Shown: one piece after another, positions 36,317-48,990 of the stretch
Layout: each line of letters starts with the position of its first letter
Numbering within the stretch: position 1 is the first letter of the stretch
Assembly: GCA_964276515.1 (NCBI GenBank)
Contig: OZ193909.1
Location: forward strand, 14,446,001 to 14,510,000
Direction: 5' to 3'
Length of the DNA: 64,000 nt
Source: Gordius albopunctatus
Taxonomy: Eukaryota
Notes under the pieces: model-generated
What the model was told of the DNA's origin: nothing
The model's database searches: none
Seen by the model: only the letters and a program-made list of their open reading frames with translations
Position numbers and translations under genes: made by a program

Positions 36317-37453
36317 TTATTCGTTATTACAATAACTAACAAAACTTTGTGTGTCATTAAATGAAGGCTTTCTTAAAGAAAGACTGTTAAAAGCTGCCAA
36401 ACTTAAAGAACTTCTCGCTTCGTATTCTGGATGGTCATAATTAGGCTTAAAATAAAATTTGATTTCACTTTCATCTTTGGACGCATTAGATCGACTTTTC
36501 CACAATTCTAATATTAATGCGGAAGACACATTTGGTGTATCATCCAGCGTTATATTATAAAAATTTAGTAGATGAATAATTTGATAATCGTGAGCAACGT
36601 AAATAACTAAATTTTTAGTCCTTCGGTTAAAACTGTTATTAAATTTTAATTTAATATCTTCAACTAAATTATATAATAAGTCATCAAGCATGCGACTCTT
36701 GTTTGAGATGTAATTGTAGTAAGACAACATTAAGTGAGCCAAATTCGTGTAAATAGTTTTATTGGCCCACGCAGGCAAACCCATTCCATTTTCGTTCAAG
36801 GTTTTTAGCACTTCAAATATCCTGGCAGGCAATCGATCGTCTATGATACCTTCGCTCGTATAATTTTTTAGCGAAAGTAAGAAAGCCGTTTGGTTTATCA
36901 ATAAATTATTGTATTCACTATTATTCGATCGAGAAATATGTTGCATACCTTGACTCAGCTTTTTACAATTTTTAAGGCTGCCCATTAAAAAGCAGGACTC
37001 TAACAAAGTTGTCATATTATTAGGAATTTTGACTGACCACTCATAAGGTAGAGTTTTGTTTATAGCCAAAATATTCATATGCTCCTGAGTTAAAGAATAT
37101 TTAGGATCATTGTTGCTGATTCCTATTAAGATGGCCAACATGCTCGTAATAGTTCTATCTGAGTTTGTGGATAACAAATGAGTATTGAAATTAGATGGTG
37201 CCGGAGCCAAGTGAAGGTCATGGTTTCCAAAATATTTAGACCTTATAATAGTACCTAGCTGATAGCTTTGATTAATTCCGACATTTGTGATTCCTCCATA
37301 TCCATAGGGCCACCTTTGTTCCGATTTATTATACGATGCATATGCATACTTCGGAAAGATAGCTCTAGCCCCGTGCCTCGTCACGCATATAACTGCGAGA
37401 AGTTCGGCTAAAATAAATATAGTGAAAATAATATTTAGGATTGGACAGTATGC
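36317..37453 (-). CDS. Histidine acid phosphatase (lysosomal/prostatic/venom-type), copy 1, probably secreted
   Basis: RHGARA motif, WPYGYGGIT, SDRTITS, VAHDYQI (HD), PNVSSALILELW. The frame is open from 37453, just after a TTTTAG acceptor-like site, and begins with hydrophobic AYCPILNIIFTIFILAELLAVICV. Many N-x-S/T sequons; no C-terminal TM helix. Start exon not resolved. Confidence 0.9.
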   Translation of the reverse strand, partial: AYCPILNIIFTIFILAELLAVICVTRHGARAIFPKYAYASYNKSEQRWPYGYGGITNVGINQSYQLGTIIRSKYFGNHDLHLAPAPSNFNTHLLSTNSDRTITSMLAILIGISNNDPKYSLTQEHMNILAINKTLPYEWSVKIPNNMTTLLESCFLMGSLKNCKKLSQGMQHISRSNNSEYNNLLINQTAFLLSLKNYTSEGIIDDRLPARIFEVLKTLNENGMGLPAWANKTIYTNLAHLMLSYYNYISNKSRMLDDLLYNLVEDIKLKFNNSFNRRTKNLVIYVAHDYQIIHLLNFYNITLDDTPNVSSALILELWKSRSNASKDESEIKFYFKPNYDHPEYEARSSLSLAAFNSLSLRKPSFNDTQSFVSYCNNE

Positions 37454-39245
37454 CTAAAAGCAATTACTTATATACATTCAATTTTATTTATAATACCTTT
37501 TCATGTATCCGATTATTAATTTTAATTTAATTGTATAAGATAAATTGTAATACTTTTTAATGAACAAATGGTTATTAAATAGTTATATTAAATAAAATTA
37601 AAGATATTATTTTATTTATTTATTGTTTTATTAATATGTCAAATTAAGATTAGGAATTTTCATTTATTTTTAGTAAAATTGGATTGGAATCAAAAAGACC
37701 TTTTATTAATTTAAATCTTCGGGTCGAGTCTAAGAATATGACTACTTTTGCAATATCATCAAGCTTATCAAAATTAAAATTCAAAAACTTTACTGGATAT
37801 TTGATTTAAAAATGAAATGTAAATATAAACTTCATGTTGTTCATATATAAGATAAACTGTTTTATTCATAGGTAACTAATTGCAGGCAATATGATTATGC
37901 ATAAGTAACTTATAATATTCTAAAATTAAAATCTATATATATGAATCATTTATTTAATTTCTTGTTAAACGCAATTTGGGAGCCACTCAAATTTTCAATC
38001 GGAAAATTCTTTTAAATAATATATGCTTTTAAATATTAATTTTGTTTTTAATATTTTCCTCAACTTATTTTAATCTCAGTATATAATTTTCACTTCCTGG
38101 AAATATTAATTTCGAATATTTGGCCTTTTAAAACATTAAAAAACTATTTTTGGAAGATTTTAAAATTTTTATACACCTCGATTGAGCTGGAACTACACAT
38201 ACAGTAAGTTTTAAATTAACATTTAGCCTTACTGTTCGCTTTTTGAGGCACTAGTCAACATTTTTATTCTTACCCTTTGATTTAACTTAGCTAAACCTAA
38301 CTTACTCATGCACAGTTAGTAATTAGTATGATGTGAAAATGGATCTCTATCCAAAATTAGGGTTTATTAATATATTTATATGGATTGTATTAAAGGTTTG
38401 GACATTTTTTATGCAATAAAATATTCCTTTTAAGAATTATAGTAACTAAATTAAAAAAGTTTTACTTTTAAACATAGCTATTTAAAAATTATAAATTTGT
38501 TATGTGCTTTTAATTGTTTTGATTAAATTGCTTTTTAAAGACAAAGGTGAGAAACCAGAGGCGTAGCCACCCCCCTATAGGCATTCTCGCCCCTTCCCAC
38601 CTTTATCGCCCATAAATTGCATAGCAAATATGCTACTTTTATACGGAGTATGGATGAGTTTCGTTCCCCCTTCCCTTCCCCTCCTCCCCTTCCCACGAGG
38701 GTTCTTTTCCTTTTTGACATTCATTGAAAAACTACAAACTACCTTACAATTAAATAGACTCTTTGTATATTAAAATAAGATATACTACTTTTGGAAACCT
38801 CAATTTGTGTCTAGGAAAAAACATTCGATTGAATTATGAAAAGAAGAAACGTTAGATTTAAAAGTTTTTGATATATGGTTTTGCTCTATGTCCGCATATA
38901 AAATCTTTAATTAATAAAATAATTAAACAACTTTACTATTTTAATAATTATACAAATAACACTTACAAGTGTTTGCCTGGGAATTAGTCATATATATTAG
39001 ATTTCCCAAAATTTGCAAGAACAAATTAAGTTGGAATAAAAGACATGCCATATTATTAGTAAAAGGTAAAAGTGTTGAATAAGTTTTAAAACCTGATAAC
39101 TTTGAACTGCCAAAATGAACTGCCTTAGCTTGTTTATGTTAACAGTTTGTTATTAACATTTCTTAATTTTATATAATTTATAACTGTAAACAATGCGCCG
39201 ATAAAAAGGATCTTATGTTTATAGGCCCATTTTGTCGTTAAGGTA

Positions 39246-39415
39246 CATGAACGTAGCCAGGAGGATGGCAGGAGGGGTGGCTGCCCCCCCCCCCCTAAAA
39301 AAACTACGGGAAAAATATTTTCAATGCAAAAACTTTGAAAAATTAAAAAAAATTATGTTTTGCACTTTTAAACGTTTTGCCCCCCCCCCTAATCTAAAAC
39401 CTGGCTGCGCCCATG
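39246..39415. mobile_element. hAT-type MITE, CATGGGC family (duplicated at about 62992-63163; other relics at about 1195-1306 and 11220-11355)
   Basis: CATGAACGTAGCCAGG...CCTGGCTGCGCCCATG; TSD 6/8 (TTAAGGTA/ATAAAGTA). Confidence 0.75.
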
Positions 39416-39421
39416 ATAAAG

Positions 39422-39770
39422 TATATCTTCTACGTATATAAAATTCTCGTGTCACAGTCTTTGGTCCTCAACTCCTCCGAAACAGCTGGGCTGATTTAGA
39501 TGGAAATTTCTGCGAATATTTGGTAGGTCTGAGCCTAGGTTTTTAACTATATTTCAAATCTCTAAGTCATAAGACGGTCAAGTTATTTAGTTTTATACGT
39601 CTTGACGTTTATTAAAATATCACTCAAACGCAACCTCATGACGTACTGCGTATCTATCGTGTAGGTAGTGTGATAAATGCAGTAGGCATGAGTTGCGGAA
39701 AATGGAAACTTTTTACGATTTAAAACATTAAATATCAAAGTCATTTTTTTGCTTATTTTTCACGTCAATT
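39422..39770 (+). mobile_element. Helitron-like 5' fragment (duplicated at about 63170-63520)
   Basis: TCT..TATATAAAATTCTCGTGTCACAG...ACTCCTCCGAAACAGCTGGGCTGATTT resembles invertebrate non-autonomous Helitron 5' ends; no 3' end seen. Confidence 0.55.
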
Positions 39771-39779
39771 ATTATTATT

Positions 39780-41660
39780 ATAGGACGGTCGTGTCCCCTC
39801 CTGCGTGGCTAAATAAATTAAAAAATCTAATTTTGGCATTTTTTGCGCGTTAAATAAGGAGAAAGTTTGTGCGACCAGTGGGTGTGGTTTTTGATTATTG
39901 GTTATGAAGTGGCTCATGATGATTATCGCTGCGTCAATTTTTCTAAGGAACTTGGCGTTGATAGAAAGTTAATGCTGGGCTAGGTTGAGAGCATTCGTTG
40001 TGGTGTGGTTTCAGATTTCTGGGTATTAATAGATAGATTCCATTTGTTTGCTAGTTTTAGGAAATTCCTCGTGTTTTGTTGTACCAGGGCAGCTATCTTG
40101 CCATATATTAGGATGTCATCCAGATATACATTGTATCGACAGGTAGTGATGGATTTAATGCACAAGTCCAACATAATTTGTTGCAGTACAAATGGGGAAA
40201 AAGATGCTCCCATAGGCAGCACCCTGTATGAGTATTTCGTTCGTCCTGATTTAAAACCGAACAGGTCTGAAATTGATGTGTCTAATTGGATATCGAAGAA
40301 AGCGCTCTTCATGTCAATCTTTCATGCGTAGTTGGCCTCCGCTAAAGGTTTAGCAATTAATGGGATAGATTTTAGCAAAAAGGGGTATGACGCGAAGTTT
40401 TTTGAAATGATGGATAGGTCTGCGATCATTCTGGGGGACCCATCAGATTTGGGTATAAAATACATGGGGGATGCGATCGCGAGACGATTCCTTCGTACAA
40501 TGTAGGTATCGATGATTTGGAGTACTAGGTGCCGATGGACTCTAGGAATAGGTCGAACGTACCGGGGGACAAGGTACTGCCAGTTGTTGTTCGCAAGGTT
40601 CCTACTATTGAACCGAGGTTCAAAGCCCCGTCTAGCTACATTATAAGTAAACTTGGATTGTGTATGATGTGGCCTGAGCAATGTGGTATTGAGGTCCAAT
40701 GGTGATAAAAATGGAGTCTTGTTTCCATTGCTTATGTCCCGAAAGGCCGGGAAATTGGGGATGTTAGAAGGTTCATGGATGGTGGGGATCGATTCACTAT
40801 CGAGTCCGATATCATGTAGGGGGGTATTAATATATTCCGCCATATCTGAGTGGGTCGGTAGCGGCGTGAAAGGGGTCTTTAGTGGAGGGGCCCCTTCGTC
40901 CGGACCATCATCGAGTGAAACAGAATTGATAGCGATGCTCCGGGCTATACGAATGTAATTGTCTAGCCATATTCGAGCAGTCCGTCCCCAAAAATGCTCG
41001 GCGGATTATCACCACAGCCGAGGGCCGCCCCTGCCGCCCTTACGTCTTTCTGTTGAAAGGCGCCTTCCTTGGCATAGGCTTTTCATAGTTCGGCCGAAAA
41101 GAGCTAATCTGTTCACTCATCTGTCCGAACCCATTTTTCACAGCCCAGTCTTTGGTACGTCCGGTGACTACCTGCCATCCGTAATATGTTGCCATTGCGA
41201 TGGTTTTAACCCGTTCGGCGAACACCTCGGTAGCTTTGACCTGATCGTTCCATACTTCACCTAATTCCAGAAGGAAATCGATTTCATGTTTTGGATATAA
41301 GGGTACTGCTTTGTTCTTTTTATCAGCCTCCTTCAAACCTTTAAGTCGTTGCTTTAGTAGTTCAGGTCCTATTTGTTCCACGCCGAGACTCTTTTCTTAA
41401 CCTCACGGGCTATCATTTGGTTTAGCTCTTCAGGAGTGAAGGACATCGTGTGGGGTTAATACTTGTGGAGATTATCCGGTTTTGTCGAGGCGGGTGTAAA
41501 TTAACCTTTATTTTTGTCTTTAGCGTTGTTTTACGTGTCGTAACGCCCAACTTACCCATAATTTTCATTTATTATATTTCCGCGTTTATAATTACGTTTC
41601 TAAAATAAAATAAAGTGGAGATGGCGAAATATTTTGCGTAACCATCCCCAGGGAGGACCT
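39780..41660 (-). mobile_element. DIRS/Ngaro-like retroelement fragment (gag-like ORF plus RT), decayed
   Basis: gag-like MSFTPEELNQM../..AERVKTIAMATYYGWQVV; RT SPMYFIPKSDGSPRMIADL, D(M)KSAFF, YRVLPMGASFSPFVLQ, VYLDDILI, INTQKS. No RNase H or tyrosine recombinase seen; boundaries approximate. Confidence 0.65.
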
Positions 41661-44059
41661 CTTTATTTTGCTCTCACTTTTTTAATTAAATCCAAAACAT
41701 GTGGATCTAGTAACATTTTTGAGATCCAATGTTTGTAGAGGTTGAGAAACCTGAGCATTATCAATAGATCGGATATATTTTAAAATTAGCTTACTAGTAA
41801 CATTGTTGATGTCCAAAAAAATATTCATAGACATTCATAGACATTTTGTCAGTTAAATTTTTGTCGAATGAACGGTTACCAAATAGACTGCTCATTGAGC
41901 ATGCATACATATGAAAATGTGACCCCTGTTTTACCACCATATTGAACTTATGCAGGTAAGTTTACATTTTATTCTTTGATATGTTATAAATTTGATAGAT
42001 GGAGTCATTAATGCAAAATGTTACCTTAGAAAATGACATATGTAGTGACATCAACATACGTAACGTCAATCAAGTACGATGTCAATTCCGAGAAATAAGT
42101 TAATCACAGATTTGAATTTATTTTCCTAGAAGATCGCACGCTATGACGTCGATTGACAGATCTTCCTTGAAACTTATCGGTATATTTAGATCTTCTCAGA
42201 AGATCATAGATATATTTAAGTCTTCCCAGAAAATAATCGATCTTCATGGAAACTCATCGATTAATTTAGATCTTCCAAGAATATTATCGATTTTCCAATA
42301 ATAATGATTATGTATTTTATAATAACTATATAAACTCAATTTTTACGCAAATATAACCAGTCGAATAATTCTAACAAGATGAATTGTATTCTTTGTTCCA
42401 AAATTATCCTCGTATAAGAGAGGAAAAGATAACAACGAGTTATAAAACTTACATGGGAAAGCCGCCTTTTTTACATGTTTTCTTCAAAAAAAATAACCAT
42501 TTTGTTAAGGAATTTTCAAATGAAATAAACAAAAAGGTTTTCACCACGTTATACAAGCAAGAAACGTATTCTATCAAAAGACAATTTTTTCTTTCCAATG
42601 ATATTCTAATAAATGTGAGATTATTTTTTATTTGATATTTAAGTTATCCCCACAAAGATATTTTTACTTCAATCATAGAAATAGACTATGTTGATTTTAG
42701 TGTTTGGATCTCGTCTCGTCTCGGGAGCGATTATAAAAATCTCGATCTCGTCTCGACGAGAATTCTCGCCTCGTCTCGACTTTTAAAAACAAATATATAC
42801 TGAAAATATTTAAAATATTTAAAAAATGTTTAAAATACAAATGACAATTTTTTTATATTTTTTAAGAAACTTTAATACACAAACTTTTCAAAGATTTAGC
42901 GGGACACGACATCTCATTGACAATATAAAGATATAAATTAATTCATAAAGATAACATTTTCTATGGAAAGTGCAGAATAAAAGACTATAAATAAATTTGA
43001 GGTATATAAAATTAAATGTGAATGTTCTAGCAAATTATAACATTTGTATCAAATTCACTTTTTTGTCAACTATAAATAGATTTAATAATACGTTTGCTTA
43101 TAGTTGACTTAGTTGCATAATTCAGCAAATTGAGACCCTTTGTTAACCCTGGGTAAAGCTTATTAATTGAATAAGTCTATTGTTATCATCATCAATTATA
43201 TGCCATAGTGTTTATTGCATGTTTACTATAGCGTTATAAACCATAGAGTGCGAGTGACTTTTAATGATAATATTATTATTTACAGAATTGATAACTAGAT
43301 GCACATATCAAAACGTTGTAAAAACAACAATAAAAGCAGCATTATTATAGGATTAAGATAAGGTTTTAAACTGTAAATTGCACGTATTTAAATTTATGAC
43401 AGAAATCATTATAATCAAATTTATATTCCAAATAATTACCTTCCAATTCCAACTAACTTTGCCATTAAATATTTATTGATCGAATATAGTATAGGTTCGT
43501 GTATTTATTTTATATTTCACAATTATGGAAATATAATAAATGCACCTGCCAACCCAGCGTATAATGTGAAAAGTAATGCATATGACAAAAATATGTATTC
43601 ACATAATGTCTTATTAAAATTCAAAAATTTGGGAGGTATACTATTAGTTGAAGCATAAAAACTTTAAAAAAATCCATGATTTAGATTTAATATATTACGG
43701 TATCATTAAATACTCTATTGAACTTTTGAAATCGTTAGGCGGGTGCTAAAAAATCTAGACCTACTTATTCAAACTGATTCACTACCAATTTATAATTAAC
43801 GCATTATGCAGGATGAGTAACTGGAAAATATAAATATGCTTTAGTAATGTTTACTAGTCCATCAGAACTCATTCTAAGCCTAAAATTTCTTTAATATTTA
43901 ATAGTGCTATGGATACAAATAGGTGATAAAGATATTATAAAATTATTACCATACCCTATGGATCAACCTTACTTAGGTAAATGATTGCCGAATTTTAAAT
44001 TTTTTGCAAAATATATGATATTTACTACACTTAGTAATTTTTTAAGGATGTTATATAAA

Positions 44060-44482
44060 TGCACAGTAAGAAATTAAAAAATGCGGAAGTAAAATATGCA
44101 CAGTAATATATTTAAGTGCGCAGTAAATTATTAAAAATTGCACAGTTAATTAATATTAAATTGCTCAATAATTAAACAAAATTGCACAGTCAATTTACAA
44201 TAAATTGCTCAGTAATTTAATAAAATTGCTCAATAATTTAGTAAAATTGCCCAGTAATTATATAGCCTTGCAGAGTAATTTTATAATATTTCTCAGTAAT
44301 TTTGTAGAATTGAGCATTGCTCAGTAATTTAATAATATAGCTTATTGCTTAATACTTTGAATTGATAAGTAATTTTTGAGCATTGCTCAGTAATTTAATA
44401 ACATTGCTCAGTACCTCAATAATTTAATAAAATTGCTTAATGATTTGAATTGATAAGTCGTTTTTGAGCATTGCTCAGTAAT
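44060..44482. repeat. AT-rich TTGC(A/T)CAGTAATT tandem array (probable MULE subterminal repeat)
   Basis: Many degenerate ~20-22 bp units, located 3' of the MULE transposase. Confidence 0.7.
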
Positions 44483-44988
44483 CAGAACACAACTTAGTTT
44501 TCAATAGAATGAATTGGTTGAAAAAATATATTATTTTAAAAAATGCCTAATAATCTTTACAAATTGTTCAATAATATTTAGATGCTAAATTAAAAAAATA
44601 TTCAGTTTATAATTCAATAACTAATAATTAAATTATCATTGATTTTATGTTTTTATATAAAAAATTTAGTTTGTTGATAAAATTGAGCACTTATTTATTT
44701 TAGCTAAAATAAATAGTTTGGAGGCTTGATAATATACATTGCCCTTCCTCTTAATGTTACTATGCATATGTCATAAATTTAAATCGAATAAATTTTTGCA
44801 ATTTTTATTAGAGTATAAACATAAATAGTTTCAAATACAAATGCATAATGAACATATTTTGCTGACAATATAAACATAAATAATTTTAAATAGATATACA
44901 TAGTGAACACATTTTGCTGGAGCAACCTTTAATTCAAGCCTAAAATTTGTTATAGTCAAGCACATAATTTAAACTTATGAACTTACCA

Positions 44989-46295
44989 TTATTGAACAAT
45001 GAAGGCTGATTTGGCTTTTGAGGGTCTGCCCCTTTTTCTTTTTTGCCCTAAATGCACAAACTTAGCTTCTTTAGGTGTTATGCAAAGTTTAAATTTAATT
45101 GCCAAACCCACTATATGTTTGCAAATGTAGTATTTGAAAAACACTGGACAATTACATTTACTCTCAAACCATTTTGTGGAATCATCGGGTAATTGACAGA
45201 GCCATAGCTTAAAATTCCGCGTCTTGAATTCATCAAATGTTTTGAAGTTTAGATTTTTGACATTGCTAATATCTTTTTCATTTATAATCCCGGTACCTGA
45301 TGGCACACAATATTCGGTAAAATCAAGTTGTTTTTTTGATAGGCAGTGGCCATTAAAATTAGCAAATTGGTAGCTCTGAGTGCATAGCTTTAAATGGATA
45401 GCTGGTGATTTAATGAATTTTTTTGAATGTTTATACTCGCGTGACCATGTTTGGATCATATCAATTGGTACCACTTTGAACCTATTGATTGGCATCCATT
45501 CCCTCAACGTAAATTCATCTTTTATTAAATGATTAGATGATTCCAGGGCATTATTGGTACTAGGGGTATAATGGCTATATCCTTCATGCCATGTATCATT
45601 TTTATAAACCCATTCTTTATAAAAATATTCGCAAAACTTTGAGGCTTTAAATGACCATTTTTCCAAGAATAAATTGGAGGCTTTTTCAAAGACCTTAGTG
45701 CTTTGAGACAATTGTATTGTATTCATATCCTCTAAAATTTCTTTATGGTATAATTTATCAGCTAGTATAACATAATCATAAAATATATACAATAATATAT
45801 TTACCTTTTTTTCTATATTTCTACGGACGTGAGCCCAACAAATGACAATTGTGTCTTTTCCAATGACAGATTTAAATGCATTATGTATGGAAATTGCCCC
45901 ATCTGTAATTAATACATCCCACTTGGGAGTTGTATTATTAATAAATTTAAATCCATTGATTAAAGTGTTAAATAAAAAAATATATTCTTTTTCTTTTTCA
46001 TTAACACATAGAGACTTTCCCAAAATATGGAAATGCCTATCATAGTCAGTTGTTCCAATTATTAATAATGGATAACACTGCCAGGTTATTTTGTATGTTG
46101 CATCGGCATGCAATATATCTGAAAACTGACTGTTTAATAAAAGCCTAAAACTAACAGATTATAAATAACTAAATACCTTTTTGTTGACATGAAAAATTTG
46201 AAATTGGAATCTTCGTATGACACCATGTAAGATACAATATAGAATTCATCATCATCAAAGGGTATTTGAGAATGAGCAATCAGCCACTGCTCCAT
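44989..46295 (-). CDS. MULE (Mutator) transposase with SWIM zinc finger, N-terminally truncated
   Basis: HADATYK, LITDGA, ICWAH (CxxH), STNNALES, SWIM CNCP...CKH, C-terminal KRKRGRP AT-hook. A 32-nt intron (46145-46176) extends the frame upstream to about 46295. Confidence 0.88.
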
Positions 46296-46574
46296 TTTTC
46301 AAATTCTCGTCTCCTCTCGGTTTTTCGAGACGAGACGAGAGGAGACCGAGATTTTTCTCGGTTTTTCCGCATCACTTGTTGATTTAAACACAAATTTATA
46401 TTTATGGTTTGTCTCTAATTAAACACTATTTATATGATTGAATAATTAAATGCTAAATTTAATATGGAAAAATAATTCTTTAATATTCTATTCCTTCTTG
46501 CATAACTTTGCACTTTTTCATTGCACAAGTACCCTTATTGAAACTTACCCAATATGGCCTAAGATATTTAATTT

Positions 46575-48990
46575 TTTTTCCTATAGCTGTTTATCACATT
46601 TAGTGGTCAGCTCCTTCAAGGAGGTTCTCCATGTATTTCTGCACTTACACCAGCTTCGCTTAAGCTCGTACATTTTTAAGTCCTTATCAATTTTATGCTT
46701 CCATGTCACTTTAGGTCTCCCTCTCTTTCGCTTATCTTCGACTTGCACTTTCTTGATACGATTCGCCAAGTGACTTTCCTCCCGCCAGTCCAAATGGCCA
46801 TACCATCTCAATCTTCTTACCACCAACTTTCTCCGAATCTGAACTACATTTAGTTTGTCCCTTATGTCTTGATTCCTTATATGGTCCTTTTTGCTTATTC
46901 CCAAGATCCATCTCAACATTCGCATTTTTATTGTAGCCAAGCTTTGCTCCTCTTTTGCCTTAATTGCCCAGTTTTCCGCTCCATACAATACCGTGGGTAC
47001 AATAACGGTGTTATATAACCGTCCTTTTGATTTGAGTGGTAACTTCCTGAATTTTAGCCAGCCTGCGTTTATTCTTGCCTTAATTTTGTTTTCCACACCC
47101 CTATCACATTGTACCCTAAAACTTTATATTCATTCCCCGACTCCAAGGATACATATTCAGTTTTATCTCGGTTGACCCTAAGGCCGTTGCTTTCGATTCG
47201 TTCCATCCACACTTTTACCTGCTCTGCTAATTCCACGTTTGAGCCTGCGCACAGGATGATATCATACAAGGTGATTCGCGTTTCAGATCCTTCGTTATCG
47301 AATCCATTATTGTTATGAAGAGCAATGGACTTAGGGCCCATTCTTAATGCACACCGACATTTAGACTGAATCCTTTTGATGTACCACTAGATGTCCGTAC
47401 TTTGGTTTTTGCGTTATAAACATATCATTTATTAACATTATATAAGCCTCGGGTACACCATTGGAACTCAGGCTATCCCATATCAACTGCCTTGGCACTT
47501 TATCGAAAGCTTTCTCAAGATCGATGAAACACATATAAAGATCCTTTTGTTTTTCCTTATATACTTCCATAAGTCTCCTAAAACCATGTATTGCATCTGA
47601 AGTCGACTTTCCTGGCATGAACCCAAATTTTATTTTTCGGAGTCTATCTTCTATAAGCTTTTCCCACACCTTCATTACGTGACTCGTTAACTTTATCCCT
47701 CGATAGTTGTTGCATTGTTGTACATCTCCCTTCAATTTATAAATAGGTATAAAATAGCTTTCCCTCCACTCATCAGCCATCATACCACTTGCAAGTATTT
47801 TGTTAAACAGCCTTGCAAGTAGATGTACACCTAAGGGTCCTAGCATTTTGAAAGCTTCCATAGGTCTATTATCAGGTCCCAACGCTCTACCCATGGTCAT
47901 CTTTTTAAGCACCTGATCAACCTCTTCTTATGTCACTTCTAACTCTGGATCATATTCATAGTTCATGCTATCGCACTTGTCCGAAAACCCATTTTCACTG
48001 TTTAATAATTCTTTATAGTATTTTTCCCAACCATCTATGATTTGATGATCCAGAGATAGAGTGATGCTATCTTTGCTCTTTATGGTTTTCACGTTTACCA
48101 CATCCTTTGAATTCCTTTCCCTGGTCTTTGCGATTTTGTAGATCATTCTTTCTCCTTCTTTACTGGTTAACTTGGCATTTAAATTCTCGTAGACCTCTAT
48201 TTTAGCCTTAGCTACACAACGCTTTGCCTCATTTATAGCTTTCACATATGCCAAGCCAATCGTGTTTCCTCATTTCTGTCGCATGACCATAATTTGTAAA
48301 GGTTTCTTTTCCACTTGACCAGGCGTTGCACGTCTTCGTTCCACCACCATGTCTCCTTATCTTTTTGTATACCTGGTTTACCTTCTCGCAGAACATATCT
48401 CGCTACGCATCTTACCGTGTTAGCTATTTAATTCCACATATCGCTAGCATTCTGCTGATCATCTATTTGCAGCCGTTCAACTATTTGATCATTGTAAATA
48501 TCTTTCAATTTTGGTAGCTAGAACCATTTGATTTTCCCATTTAATCTCTTCGGCTATTGTGTTTTCACCTTGGAGATGGTATAGTCCATCACAAAAAATC
48601 TATGCTGGACTGCAATAGCCTCACCTGGTATCACCTTATAATCTCCTACATTCTTTCATTCCTTTCTTGATATTAGGAGAAAGTCAATCTGCGAAGATCG
48701 ATTTCCACTTTTGTACGTTATTAGGTGATTTATATTGTTTTTGAAGAAGTTATTTGTGATGGCCAAATCAAATGCAACTGCTATTTTCAATATTTCGTCA
48801 CCTTCATCGTTTCTCGCTCCGAAGCCATTTCCACCATGGTACCGTTCAAATCCTTCTCTTGTTTTGCCTACGTGACCATTCATATCTGCTCCAATTATAA
48901 CTATCTCGGCTCTGGGTATCATTCGCAGCATTTTGTCTAATTCTCCCCGAAATTCCTCATTTTCTTTATCTGTGCATTCTGTTTGCGGAG
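46575..48990 (-). mobile_element. Second, heavily decayed RTE LINE, truncated by an LTR element
   Basis: GADMNGHVG, SQIDFLL, NYRGIKL, FIDLEKAFDKVPR and RLRWYGH spread over several frames; ends where the LTR starts at 48991. Confidence 0.9.

Larger units (their letters stand above)
42698..46377. mobile_element. Composite element: hAT-type ends enclosing a MULE transposase
   Basis: TAGTG...CACTT termini; TCTCG/CGAGA subterminal repeats (42709-42780, 46306-46362); perfect 8-bp TSD GTTGATTT (42690-42697, 46378-46385). Confidence 0.8.
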
